Source: Campylobacterota bacterium (GTDB lineage: Bacteria > Campylobacterota > Campylobacteria > Campylobacterales > Arcobacteraceae). From it: a DNA stretch of 27,974 nucleotides. Where the stretch lies: positions 1 to 27,974 of the forward strand of contig JBNJFB010000029.1 in assembly GCA_051746405.1 (NCBI GenBank), in the 5' to 3' direction. Within the stretch, counting starts at the first letter, position 1. The number at the start of each line of letters is the position of its first letter. The position numbers were made by a program, and so were the translations under genes. The notes under the pieces were generated by a model, which saw only the letters and a list, made by a program, of their open reading frames with translations, ran no database searches and was not told the DNA's origin. Shown one piece after another: positions 19,078-27,795 of this stretch.

Positions 19078-20220
19078 TTGCATAAATTTAATATAACACA
19101 AAAAATAAAAGACTTAAATTTCAAAGATATAGAAAAAAGACTTTTTCATTACTCATATGATAGTAAAAACTTAAAAGCTTTATTAAAAGATAATATTTCA
19201 ACAGATTCATCTGCATATATTTCAGCTTATGGAAGTTTTAAAGGTGAAGTTTATGAAAATATTGTTTATGAACTTTTAGTTGATTATGCTTTTAAAAATA
19301 ATGACATAAAAAGATTTATAATTAAAGGTCCATATCAAGATAAAGAGAGTAAATATATAAAAAGTGGGCTTTTAATTGATAGAAGTTCACAAATAGTTTA
19401 TAAATCATCATATAAAGATATAAGTGAGTTTGACGCACTTTTTTTTACAGATGATTCAGTCTATTTTGTTGAAATGAGCACATCGAAAAAAACTTCAAGT
19501 TTAAATAAAAGATTAGACAAAAAGTATGCACTTTTAAAACTTATATTTCCAAGTTTAAACATAAAAGCCTTAATTGTTTTAACAAAAGGTTCAGTTGGTA
19601 TTAAAAATTTTCCCTCATATGCTACTGTTTGGGTAACAAACGATATTGAAGATGATAGGTTAATAAAAAATATAATTTTTTCTAAAAAGAGTAATAAAAG
19701 TTTAAAAACACTAAAAGCTCCATCTCATAGGAAATTTGTAGAGGCTTTTACTATTAAGTATAAAAAGTTTCAATATTTTCCAACTCTTCAATGGATTTTA
19801 GATAGAAGTCGCTCAAATCCAAAGTTTATAGTTGATTTAAAGTTTTTCTCATCTTATAAGTTGAAACTTTTTTTTGATATTTATACAAAGCTTTATATTG
19901 GGTATTTATCAATTGAAGATTTTAATACTCTATTTCCAAATATAAACTACCAAATCAAAAATGAACAAAACCAAAAAGTATTAGTAACAATAGAAAAAGT
20001 AAATCAAACACAATTAGATTTAGTATATTATGTGAAACTATCAAATAAGGTTTTAAAAAGAGTAAGATATTTTAATGACCAAGTATCCATAAAAGATAAA
20101 GAGCCAGATGGTTTTACAAGTGCAGAGGTTAGGTTTTTTCTAAAAGTACTTGAAAATAAACATCAACTTTTTATAAATAATATCAATTTTATAAAAGAAA
20201 AACTATATTTAATCAAATAA
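19078..20220 (+). CDS. Hypothetical protein with possible PD-(D/E)XK nuclease-like N-terminal fold
   Basis: 380-aa ORF. KGEVYE...SEFDALFFTDDSVYFVEMSTSK pattern. TATAAT at 19030-19035 upstream. Start codon uncertain. Confidence 0.65.
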   Translation: MHKFNITQKIKDLNFKDIEKRLFHYSYDSKNLKALLKDNISTDSSAYISAYGSFKGEVYENIVYELLVDYAFKNNDIKRFIIKGPYQDKESKYIKSGLLIDRSSQIVYKSSYKDISEFDALFFTDDSVYFVEMSTSKKTSSLNKRLDKKYALLKLIFPSLNIKALIVLTKGSVGIKNFPSYATVWVTNDIEDDRLIKNIIFSKKSNKSLKTLKAPSHRKFVEAFTIKYKKFQYFPTLQWILDRSRSNPKFIVDLKFFSSYKLKLFFDIYTKLYIGYLSIEDFNTLFPNINYQIKNEQNQKVLVTIEKVNQTQLDLVYYVKLSNKVLKRVRYFNDQVSIKDKEPDGFTSAEVRFFLKVLENKHQLFINNINFIKEKLYLIK

Positions 20221-20241
20221 ATAATATTTAAAGTAGAGTAG

Positions 20242-20832
20242 ATGATAATATTAGAAATAATTGGTGCAATATTTTCAATAATTGGTGCATTTTTGATGTC
20301 AAGAAGCTCTAAACATAATACAAGACCAATATATTGGGGCTTTGTTAGCTTTTTTGTATCAAATTTAGCACTACTTACATTTTTTACTCTTGTTGGGAAA
20401 GTTCCTGTAATTATTCAAATGATTCTTTTTTTTATAACTGCAATAATAGGAATTTACAAATTAACAAATAGTAGATTAAGGGACTCATTGATAATATCTT
20501 TAATAGTATTAGTTTATATATTTGCACTTTTAAAAACAGTTGTTCCAAATATGGCAAATATCGATTTTAGTGTGTTGCCTTTAGATTTAACTGCAGCTTC
20601 AATTGCTATTTTAGGTAGCTACTTATTATCAAGCCATAATCATAAAATCAGAGGTTATGCATTTATATGTTTTTTCGTAGCTGATGTGATATTTGTATAT
20701 ATAGGGTATATTAATAGTTTCTATTTCTTTATGGTTCAATCAATTTTTTACTTATATACCAGTGTTCGGGGTTATGTAAATACTATGAGAGAAGAGATAG
20801 ATAAATTTAAAAAGGTAAAATATTTTGGATAA
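20242..20832 (+). CDS. Hypothetical membrane protein with internal 3-TM duplication (PnuC/SWEET-like topology)
   Basis: About 7 hydrophobic segments. LEIIGAIFSIIGAFLMS..GFVSFFVSN matches LDLTAASIAILGSYLLS..AFICFFVAD. Confidence 0.7.
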   Translation: MIILEIIGAIFSIIGAFLMSRSSKHNTRPIYWGFVSFFVSNLALLTFFTLVGKVPVIIQMILFFITAIIGIYKLTNSRLRDSLIISLIVLVYIFALLKTVVPNMANIDFSVLPLDLTAASIAILGSYLLSSHNHKIRGYAFICFFVADVIFVYIGYINSFYFFMVQSIFYLYTSVRGYVNTMREEIDKFKKVKYFG

Positions 20833-21937
20833 TCTAGATAATAATATTGTTACAAAACAAAAGAGTGAAGAGAAAGTTTATAATACAAATTTTGCTTCGA
20901 TGTTCTACTTCTTTGCATTTATGTCTTTAATAATTTATGCTTTATCAACGCTTAATAATATTTTAACGCCTATAGCAATTGCAATATTAATTTGGTTTTT
21001 GATAAATGCATTAGCAAATCAAATAAGAACTCTACCTTATTTTGATTCAAATATTGGTAACTTTTTAGCAATCCCTTTGTCCCTTACAATTATATTTAGT
21101 ACAATGTTTGTAATGGGAAGTTTTATTGCTTCTAGTATTGGTGATTTAGGTGGTACAATTTCTCAACTTGATAGTAAGTTTAATAATATAGTAGCTAAAA
21201 TATCAGAAACCTCTGGCTTTGATATCTCTGAAAAATTCAATAAAGTATTTGAACAGTTTAGTTTTGCATCTATAGTAAATAAAATAATAGCAGCTTTTAG
21301 TACAATAGTTGGAAATATTATGCAAATACTACTTTATGTACTATTTTTATTAATCGACCAACGATTCTTTAATGCAAAAATTAATGCAATATTTAAAAAT
21401 AATGACCATAGAAAAAAAGTAAAAAGTATTCTTGAATCAATATCAGATACTATTAGAATGTATATTTCAATTACAACAATTATAAGTATGTCAACAGGAC
21501 TTCTTACATATTTTATATGTGAATTTTTCTCTTTACAAGGTGCAGTTCTTTGGGGCTTTATCGCTTTTATATTAAACTTCATACCTACAATTGGAAGTGT
21601 TATTGCAGTTGTTTTACCAACAGCATTTGCATTTGTACAGTTTGATGACTTATCTAATATAGTTTTTTTAGTTGCATCTTTGGGTACTATTCAGTTTTTA
21701 ATAGGAAATATAGTTTATCCAAGGCTTATGGGAAATAGGTTAAATATCTCTCAATTTGTAGTTATTCTATCATTGGTAGTTTGGGGTGCAATGTGGGGAA
21801 CAGTTGGTATGTTTTTATCTGTGCCTTTGATGATGATACTTTTAATAATTCTTTCTCAGTTTGACAATACAAAAAGCTTGGCTATATTAATTTCAGGAGA
21901 TGGTAATATCTTTACTTCAAATAAAGATGTAAAATAA
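20825..21937 (+). CDS. AI-2E family transporter
   Basis: LTPIAIAILI, LWGFIAFILNFIPTIGS, GNIVYPRLMG, LVVWGAMWGTVGMFLSVPL. Confidence 0.9.
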   Translation: MDNLDNNIVTKQKSEEKVYNTNFASMFYFFAFMSLIIYALSTLNNILTPIAIAILIWFLINALANQIRTLPYFDSNIGNFLAIPLSLTIIFSTMFVMGSFIASSIGDLGGTISQLDSKFNNIVAKISETSGFDISEKFNKVFEQFSFASIVNKIIAAFSTIVGNIMQILLYVLFLLIDQRFFNAKINAIFKNNDHRKKVKSILESISDTIRMYISITTIISMSTGLLTYFICEFFSLQGAVLWGFIAFILNFIPTIGSVIAVVLPTAFAFVQFDDLSNIVFLVASLGTIQFLIGNIVYPRLMGNRLNISQFVVILSLVVWGAMWGTVGMFLSVPLMMILLIILSQFDNTKSLAILISGDGNIFTSNKDVK

Positions 21938-21968
21938 AATATTTGATTGATAATAGGTTTGAAATTTA

Positions 21969-21995
21969 GCTTAAAAGGAGAGTCTCCTTTTAAGC
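21969..21995. terminator. Bidirectional terminator between convergent genes
   Basis: GCTTAAAAGGAGA-g-TCTCCTTTTAAGC is a perfect 13-bp inverted repeat. Confidence 0.8.
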
Positions 21996-22007
21996 ATTAC
22001 GTAGCTT

Positions 22008-22754
22008 TTAGTCTAAAATAGTTCTAGAGTTTAACTCTTGTAGTGGTCTATTATTTTCAGGCATTGCCTCTTTGAAATCATCTAATTGACTTTGAGATAG
22101 TTTAATAGGTGTTTTTAAAACAAACCATTTTGCACCCTCTGTACAAGGAGGAGTTGTCATTGAACCACTATATTTATAGTAATCTTTATTAGTAGGTAAA
22201 AGTTCATAACCTTTAACCTCAGATTTTAGTTCATTTCTATCACCTTCTTGCTCTGGGAAATTTCTAAATAGTTTATTTAAAACAATATTATCATCTCCAA
22301 CTTCAAACATAACTGCAATAATAGCTAAGTTTGAACCATTTGTATGAACAAGTTGTGCTTCTAAAGGAAAGTTTTTTCCATCAATAGTGTGTTCACTTGG
22401 TGTATGAAAACTAAGTTTTTTTAGATTATATGTCTCATCATTTACTACTAATTGGTTTCCATTTGAAAAGTTAACTTCTAAAGAGTTACCTGTATTTACA
22501 AATGTATTTGCATTACTATTGCCATTTAGTGTAAGTGTAGCTAGATTAGCTTCTACTGCATTTGAGATATTAATAGGTGATTGGTTTTTACCCTCACCAC
22601 ACATAAAATATCTATCATCTAATGAAGCCCATTTTTTTGGACCATCTTCTTTTTCATAAGACCATTGTGCTAGTGGTTCTGGCTCACCTTCACCTAGCAT
22701 TAGTGCCAAAATAAATACCACAAAAATACTAATTACTGTATTTTTTAAACTCAT
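22008..22754 (-). CDS. Exported alpha-carbonic anhydrase homologue, probably acatalytic (CARP-like)
   Basis: N-terminal hydrophobic signal or anchor. WSY, CGEGKNQSPINI, FHTPSEH, YSGSMTTPPCTE, NNRPLQELN. Zn ligands substituted (SFH, EAQLVH). Confidence 0.88.
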   Translation of the reverse strand: MSLKNTVISIFVVFILALMLGEGEPEPLAQWSYEKEDGPKKWASLDDRYFMCGEGKNQSPINISNAVEANLATLTLNGNSNANTFVNTGNSLEVNFSNGNQLVVNDETYNLKKLSFHTPSEHTIDGKNFPLEAQLVHTNGSNLAIIAVMFEVGDDNIVLNKLFRNFPEQEGDRNELKSEVKGYELLPTNKDYYKYSGSMTTPPCTEGAKWFVLKTPIKLSQSQLDDFKEAMPENNRPLQELNSRTILD

Positions 22755-23793
22755 TTTTTCTCTCCTTTTCTTTTCTTTTTGCTTTCATTTTATTTAAAGC
22801 TAGTCTTCTCATATCTGCAGTTGTGTCAGATTCATCCATTATTTCAAGTCCTAAGAGTGTCTCTATACAATCCTCTAAAGTAACAATACCCTCAGTTTGA
22901 TCATAAGAATCTGCAACAACAAACATATGCTCTTTTTTTCTAATGAACATACTCAATGCTTTTGAAACAGGGATATTCTCATTTAATGAAATAACAGGTT
23001 TCATAATAGTTTCGATATTAACATTTTTGTTAACAATTGCTTGCTTAAAAAGTTTTTTAGTTAAAACTAAACCAACAATATTATCAATACTCTTATCATA
23101 AACAGGAACTCTTGAGAATTTAAATGTTCTTTTATCCTCAATAACATCTTTTATTGAAGTATCCTTGTCTATAGCATATACTACTGACCTAGGGGTTAAA
23201 ATATCTTTAACTCGAATATTGTTTAATGTAAGAGTATTCTCAATTATATCTGACTCAAGATCGCCGATAACTCCCTCTTCCTCGCTTAATAAAGTAGAGT
23301 GTATTAACTCCTCTCTTGATATAGAATCTGAATTATCAGAACTAATCTTCTTTGTTACGAATTGTGTCATTTTTATGATAGGGAAGGTTATAATAATAAA
23401 AAAGCTTATTATTCTTGCAGCACCTGGTGCTAACTGTTTCCAATAAACAGCACCAATTGTTTTAGGAATAATCTCAGCAATAAACAAAATCATAAATGTT
23501 AAAACAATAGAAGTTAACATAACTAGTGTTTTGTCAGCTTGAAATACACTTTGAGCTTGTACACCAATTGCAGTTGCACCTAATGTATTTGCTATAGTAT
23601 TTAAAATTAAAATTGAAGCAATAGAACTGTCTATGTCGATTTTTAGCTTTTTTAAAAGCTTTCCAGCATTTGGATCATTCTCTTCAAGAACAGATATATA
23701 AGACATATTAGTTGAAAGTAGAATAGACTCTAACACGGAACATAAAAAAGATGTTCCAACAACGGCAAAAAAAAGTAAAATTAATATTTCCAT
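22729..23793 (-). CDS. CNNM/CorB-type (DUF21 + CBS pair) divalent-cation transporter
   Basis: SFLCSVLES, ILILNTIANT, AEIIPKT, TPRS, FSRVPVY, GIVTLEDCIETLLG. Confidence 0.9.
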   Translation of the reverse strand: MEILILLFFAVVGTSFLCSVLESILLSTNMSYISVLEENDPNAGKLLKKLKIDIDSSIASILILNTIANTLGATAIGVQAQSVFQADKTLVMLTSIVLTFMILFIAEIIPKTIGAVYWKQLAPGAARIISFFIIITFPIIKMTQFVTKKISSDNSDSISREELIHSTLLSEEEGVIGDLESDIIENTLTLNNIRVKDILTPRSVVYAIDKDTSIKDVIEDKRTFKFSRVPVYDKSIDNIVGLVLTKKLFKQAIVNKNVNIETIMKPVISLNENIPVSKALSMFIRKKEHMFVVADSYDQTEGIVTLEDCIETLLGLEIMDESDTTADMRRLALNKMKAKRKEKERKNEFKKYSN

Positions 23794-23840
23794 TGGGGCT
23801 CACTTTTATTAAAACTGCACCTCGGGGAATTATCTTCCAA
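23781..23840 (-). CDS. Candidate 19-aa leader peptide (MEDNSPRCSFNKSEPQWKY) overlapping the CNNM start
   Basis: AAGGAG SD (23847-23852) lies 6 nt before TTG (23840). Stop at 23781-23783, out of frame with and overlapping the CNNM ATG. Confidence 0.45.
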   Translation of the reverse strand: MEDNSPRCSFNKSEPQWKY

Positions 23841-23897
23841 TAAAGACTCCTTTAAGTTAAAAATAGTAACTAATCATATCAAAAAAAACTTAATTTT

Positions 23898-23927
23898 TTG
23901 ACAAAAACAATAAAATTTTTGTATAAT
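23898..23927 (+). promoter_or_regulatory. Sigma70-type promoter
   Basis: TTGACA (23898-23903) - 18 nt - TATAAT (23922-23927). Confidence 0.7.
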
Positions 23928-23964
23928 ATTTTAAGTGAGAGTATAAAACTTGAAGGAGGTTATT

Positions 23965-24324
23965 ATGGAATATGGTTTAGTAGCTAATCTTGACCAATAT
24001 AAAGATAATCGGTCAGTACAGTTAGAACAAATTCAAGCCTCTTCAGATGCTAAACTCAATGAAGGAACTTCTAACCTAAATGAGTTAAGAAAAGAAGAGT
24101 TCTTAAAAGCAGGTGAAACTTCGTCTTTACAAAAAGCCAAAAATGAATCTGCAAAAAACAGTTATGAGTATGTACTAACTAACATGAACTTTGGTTTTAA
24201 TGACTCCTCAAAAGACTTTTACGTAAAAGCCCAAAGAGGTGAGTCTGAAAGCCAATATCCAACTGAGGAAATGATGCGATTAAAAGCATTCTTACAAAGT
24301 CAAGCACAACAAGATGTTTCTTAA
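23965..24324 (+). CDS. FlaG-like small protein
   Basis: ATG 23965 follows an AAGGAGG SD. C-terminal MNFGFNDSSKDFYVK...QYPTEEMMRL resembles the FlaG F..D....VK....RQIP.EE.L.L pattern. Confidence 0.55.
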   Translation: MEYGLVANLDQYKDNRSVQLEQIQASSDAKLNEGTSNLNELRKEEFLKAGETSSLQKAKNESAKNSYEYVLTNMNFGFNDSSKDFYVKAQRGESESQYPTEEMMRLKAFLQSQAQQDVS

Positions 24325-24341
24325 TTTAAGAAACATCTTGT
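24309..24341. terminator. Perfect 16-bp inverted repeat between convergent flaG-like and uvrA genes
   Basis: ACAAGATGTTTCTTAA-t-TTAAGAAACATCTTGT. The left arm includes the flaG-like stop codon. Confidence 0.7.
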
Positions 24342-24348
24342 GCTATTT

Positions 24349-27165
24349 TCATTTACTTTTAAACTCTTTTTCTAGGTAGTATCCTGTGTATGAACCTGAT
24401 TTTTTGTGATTTTTTACAAGTTGCTTTGGGGTTCCCTCATCAACTAGTTTACCACCTTTATTTCCACCCTCAGGACCCACATCAATAATCCAATCTGAGT
24501 TTTTAATAACATCTAAGTTATGTTCAATTACTAAAACAGAGTTACCATACTCAACTAAGTGGTGAAGAACCTTTGTAAGTCTATCCACATCAGCAAAGTG
24601 AAGACCTGTAGTTGGCTCATCTAAAATATAAAGAGTACTTCCTGTATCTTTCTTACTTAACTCTTTACTTAATTTAATTCTTTGAGCTTCACCACCTGAT
24701 AGGGTAATAGCATTTTGTCCTAAGGTAATATAACCAAGTCCAACATCACTTAAAGTCTTTAGTTTTGCATAGATTTTTGGAACTTTTATGAAAAACTCTA
24801 AAGCCTCATCAACACTCATACTTAAAACATCAGATATACTTTTACCTTTATATAAAATCTCTAATGTTTGCGGGTTATATCTTTTTCCTTGACAATCATC
24901 ACATTTAACCATAATATCAGGTAAAAAGTGCATCTCTATTTTTATTTCACCTTCACCTTGACACTTTTCACATCTTCCACCTTTAACATTAAATGAGAAT
25001 CTACCTATTTTATAACCTCTTAATTGAGCCTCTTTTGTCTTAGAAAATAGGGTTCTAATCTCATCCATTAAGCCTGTATATGTTGCGGGATTACTTCTTG
25101 GGGTTCTACCAATTGGTGATTGATCTAAGTAGATAACTTTATCAAGTTTTTCTAAACCATCTATTTCTACCCCATCAACTTTTTTAACTTTTTTTGCATG
25201 GTTTAAAAGCTCTTTTGCCACAGGTAGTAAAGTTTGTAAAATTAGTGAAGACTTACCGCTTCCACTAACTCCTGTAATAGCTACAAGATTTTTAAGAGGG
25301 ATTTGAACATCAAGTTTTTCAATATTATTTATATTAACATTTTTTATTTTTATATACTCTTCTTGCTTTCTATCATAGATGTGGTTAACAGATTTTTTAC
25401 CTGTCATATAATCAGCTGTTAAAGTTTTTGCTTTGTGCATTTGTTCAAGTGTTCCTGCAAATACAACTTCACCACCATATTTACCTGCATTTGGTCCAAT
25501 ATCAACAATAAAATCAGAAGACTCAATAGTCTCCTTATCATGCTCAACTACAATAACTGTATTTCCTTTTTCTTGTAAAGCTTTTAATGTTTTGATTAAT
25601 CTATTTGTATCTCTTTCATGTAAGCCAATTGAGGGTTCATCAAGTACATACATAACACCTGTAAGTCCCGAACCAATTTGAGAGGCTACTCTAATTCTTT
25701 GGGCTTCACCACCACTTATAGTTCTTGCATCTCTTCCTAAAGTAATATATCCAAGCCCCACATCATATAAGAAAAATACTCTCTCTTTTATCTCTTTTAA
25801 AATAGGAGTTGCTATCATTTTACCTTGGTCATTTAAATACTCAAAGTTTTTATCATCTTGAAAAAATGCATGGGCATCCTCTATTGGTTTATTTATTATT
25901 TCACCAATTGTTTTATTTGCTACATAAACACTTTGTGATGATGGTTTTAGTCTGTTTCCATCACATGAATCACAAGTTTTTTCGGTCATATAATCAGCCA
26001 TATCTTTTTCATCTTTGACCATATTATACGCAATTTTTACAATACCTTCCCATCTTCTAGTTAGTCTATGTCTTTTCCATGTAAATTTTGCATCTTCTAC
26101 TCCACCATGAAGTATGGATTTTTGTTGATGCATTGGCAACTCTTTAAATGGTATAGATGTATCAATACCAGCTGCTTCACAAAAGGCTGTAAGCATCTTA
26201 AAGTAGTAGCCTTTATTAAATCCATAAATTATTTTTATAGCACCATTTTGTATTGATTGCTCTTCATCAATTACCTTTTTCATATCAAGTGAGTATCTAA
26301 TACCTAAGCCATCACAAGAACCACATGCACCTTTAGGTGAGTTAAATGAAAAAGATAATGGCTCCAGTGGTTCAAAAGATATTTTACAGTCAAAACAAGC
26401 CATGTGTTCACTGTAGTGTATATGTTTTTCGCAATCTAGTTTGTCGTGATTTATCACTTCAATTTCTAATTCACCAAAACTCTCTTTTAATCCCTTCTCC
26501 ACATCTTGAGCTATTCTATCTTTATTCTCATCTTTTACAACAACCCTATCAATTACAACTTTTATTGTGTGCATTTGTGTTTTAGAAAGCTCAATCTCTT
26601 CATCAAGCCTTACCATAACACCATCAATCATAGCTCTTACATAACCTTTACCTCTTAAACTCTCAAGCAAATCAGCAAAAGTACCTTTTTTTCTATTTAT
26701 TAAAGGTGCTAATATTATAATCTTTGCATCTTGTGGGAGTGTGTGAACTTGTTCAATAATATCTGCTGCGCTCATTTGAGAGATGGGCTCTCCACACTTA
26801 TGACAATGTTGTTTACCAATTCTTGCATAAAGTAGTCTAAAATAGTCATAAACCTCAGTTATTGTTCCCACAGTGGACCTTGGATTTTTAGAGGTTGTTT
26901 TTTGGTCAATTGCAATAGCAGGAGTAAGACCTTCAATTCTTTCCACATCTGGTTTACCAACCTTGTCTAAAAACTGTCTAGCATAAGCAGAAAGAGACTC
27001 AATATATCTTCTTTGTCCCTCTGCATATAGTGTATCAAAAGCTAATGTTGATTTCCCAGAACCTGAAAGTCCTGTAAAAACAATTAACTTATTTTTTGGT
27101 ATCTCTAAATCTATATCTTTTAAATTATTCTCTTTTGCTTTGTATATTTTAATAGTATCTTGCAT
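24349..27165 (-). CDS. uvrA: Excinuclease ABC subunit A
   Basis: GLSGSGKSTLAFDTLYAEGQRRY, Cys zinc-finger motifs, two SGGEAQRI signatures, second Walker A GVSGSGKS, DEPTTGLH. Confidence 0.98.
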   Translation of the reverse strand: MQDTIKIYKAKENNLKDIDLEIPKNKLIVFTGLSGSGKSTLAFDTLYAEGQRRYIESLSAYARQFLDKVGKPDVERIEGLTPAIAIDQKTTSKNPRSTVGTITEVYDYFRLLYARIGKQHCHKCGEPISQMSAADIIEQVHTLPQDAKIIILAPLINRKKGTFADLLESLRGKGYVRAMIDGVMVRLDEEIELSKTQMHTIKVVIDRVVVKDENKDRIAQDVEKGLKESFGELEIEVINHDKLDCEKHIHYSEHMACFDCKISFEPLEPLSFSFNSPKGACGSCDGLGIRYSLDMKKVIDEEQSIQNGAIKIIYGFNKGYYFKMLTAFCEAAGIDTSIPFKELPMHQQKSILHGGVEDAKFTWKRHRLTRRWEGIVKIAYNMVKDEKDMADYMTEKTCDSCDGNRLKPSSQSVYVANKTIGEIINKPIEDAHAFFQDDKNFEYLNDQGKMIATPILKEIKERVFFLYDVGLGYITLGRDARTISGGEAQRIRVASQIGSGLTGVMYVLDEPSIGLHERDTNRLIKTLKALQEKGNTVIVVEHDKETIESSDFIVDIGPNAGKYGGEVVFAGTLEQMHKAKTLTADYMTGKKSVNHIYDRKQEEYIKIKNVNINNIEKLDVQIPLKNLVAITGVSGSGKSSLILQTLLPVAKELLNHAKKVKKVDGVEIDGLEKLDKVIYLDQSPIGRTPRSNPATYTGLMDEIRTLFSKTKEAQLRGYKIGRFSFNVKGGRCEKCQGEGEIKIEMHFLPDIMVKCDDCQGKRYNPQTLEILYKGKSISDVLSMSVDEALEFFIKVPKIYAKLKTLSDVGLGYITLGQNAITLSGGEAQRIKLSKELSKKDTGSTLYILDEPTTGLHFADVDRLTKVLHHLVEYGNSVLVIEHNLDVIKNSDWIIDVGPEGGNKGGKLVDEGTPKQLVKNHKKSGSYTGYYLEKEFKSK

Positions 27166-27283
27166 TTATAACCTTTGAAAAATTTCAAGCTAACATTATA
27201 TGATAGAAATGTATAATTATCGATAAAGGAAGTTTTATAAAATAAAATATATAATAAAACTAATAAGATAAATAGGTTTATTA

Positions 27284-27784
27284 ATGGAATTAAATATAAA
27301 AATCTCATGGTATTATTGTCTTTTTTCAATGATACCCCTAATAGTTGCAATTTATCAGATTTTAGATTATTTTACCTTTAAAGCTATAGGTATAAGCTCT
27401 GTAATTGTGGTTATTTGTTTTAGTATGTTCTTTTTTTTAAGAAGAAGTTTTGAGTTTACACTATTAACAGTTGTACTATTTTATATTATAGGTTTTACAG
27501 GTGCACTCTTTATAGCTTTTTTTAAGCAAGAGTGGTTGATTTTGCCTATAGTTCTAGCTTTTTGGGTATCTTTACAAAAAACTATAAAAAGTACAAGATA
27601 TAAAAAAGGATTAGATTATAAAATAAAAATGGAAGAATCAAAAGGTTCAAAAAATGAAACTCTTTTTATGACACCTACTAGATTTAGTGAAAATAAAAGA
27701 GTATTTTATGATATATTAATTGTGTTACTATTTTTTGTGACTTTGATTTTTGTTTTTACATCACTTTTTAATATATTTTCTTAA
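27284..27784 (+). CDS. Hypothetical membrane protein
   Basis: 166-aa ORF with about 5 hydrophobic segments, divergent from uvrA. Confidence 0.65.
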   Translation: MELNIKISWYYCLFSMIPLIVAIYQILDYFTFKAIGISSVIVVICFSMFFFLRRSFEFTLLTVVLFYIIGFTGALFIAFFKQEWLILPIVLAFWVSLQKTIKSTRYKKGLDYKIKMEESKGSKNETLFMTPTRFSENKRVFYDILIVLLFFVTLIFVFTSLFNIFS

Positions 27785-27795
27785 TCAAAGGTAGA

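Noticed and set aside
23794..23860. Known riboswitch (fluoride, yybP-ykoY, M-box) upstream of CNNM
   Set aside because: Consensus elements were not recognisable and the region is too short for an M-box. An Rfam scan would be decisive.
27166..27283. SOS box upstream of uvrA
   Set aside because: No CTGT-N8-ACAG or GAAC-N4-GTTC motif seen.
15770..27350. Short ORFs opposite or overlapping larger genes (15770-16027, 21334-21582, 23165-23446, 25433-26585 group, 27120-27350)
   Set aside because: Shadows of GGDEF-EAL, AI-2E, CNNM and uvrA, or low-complexity AT-rich ORFs. No coding evidence.
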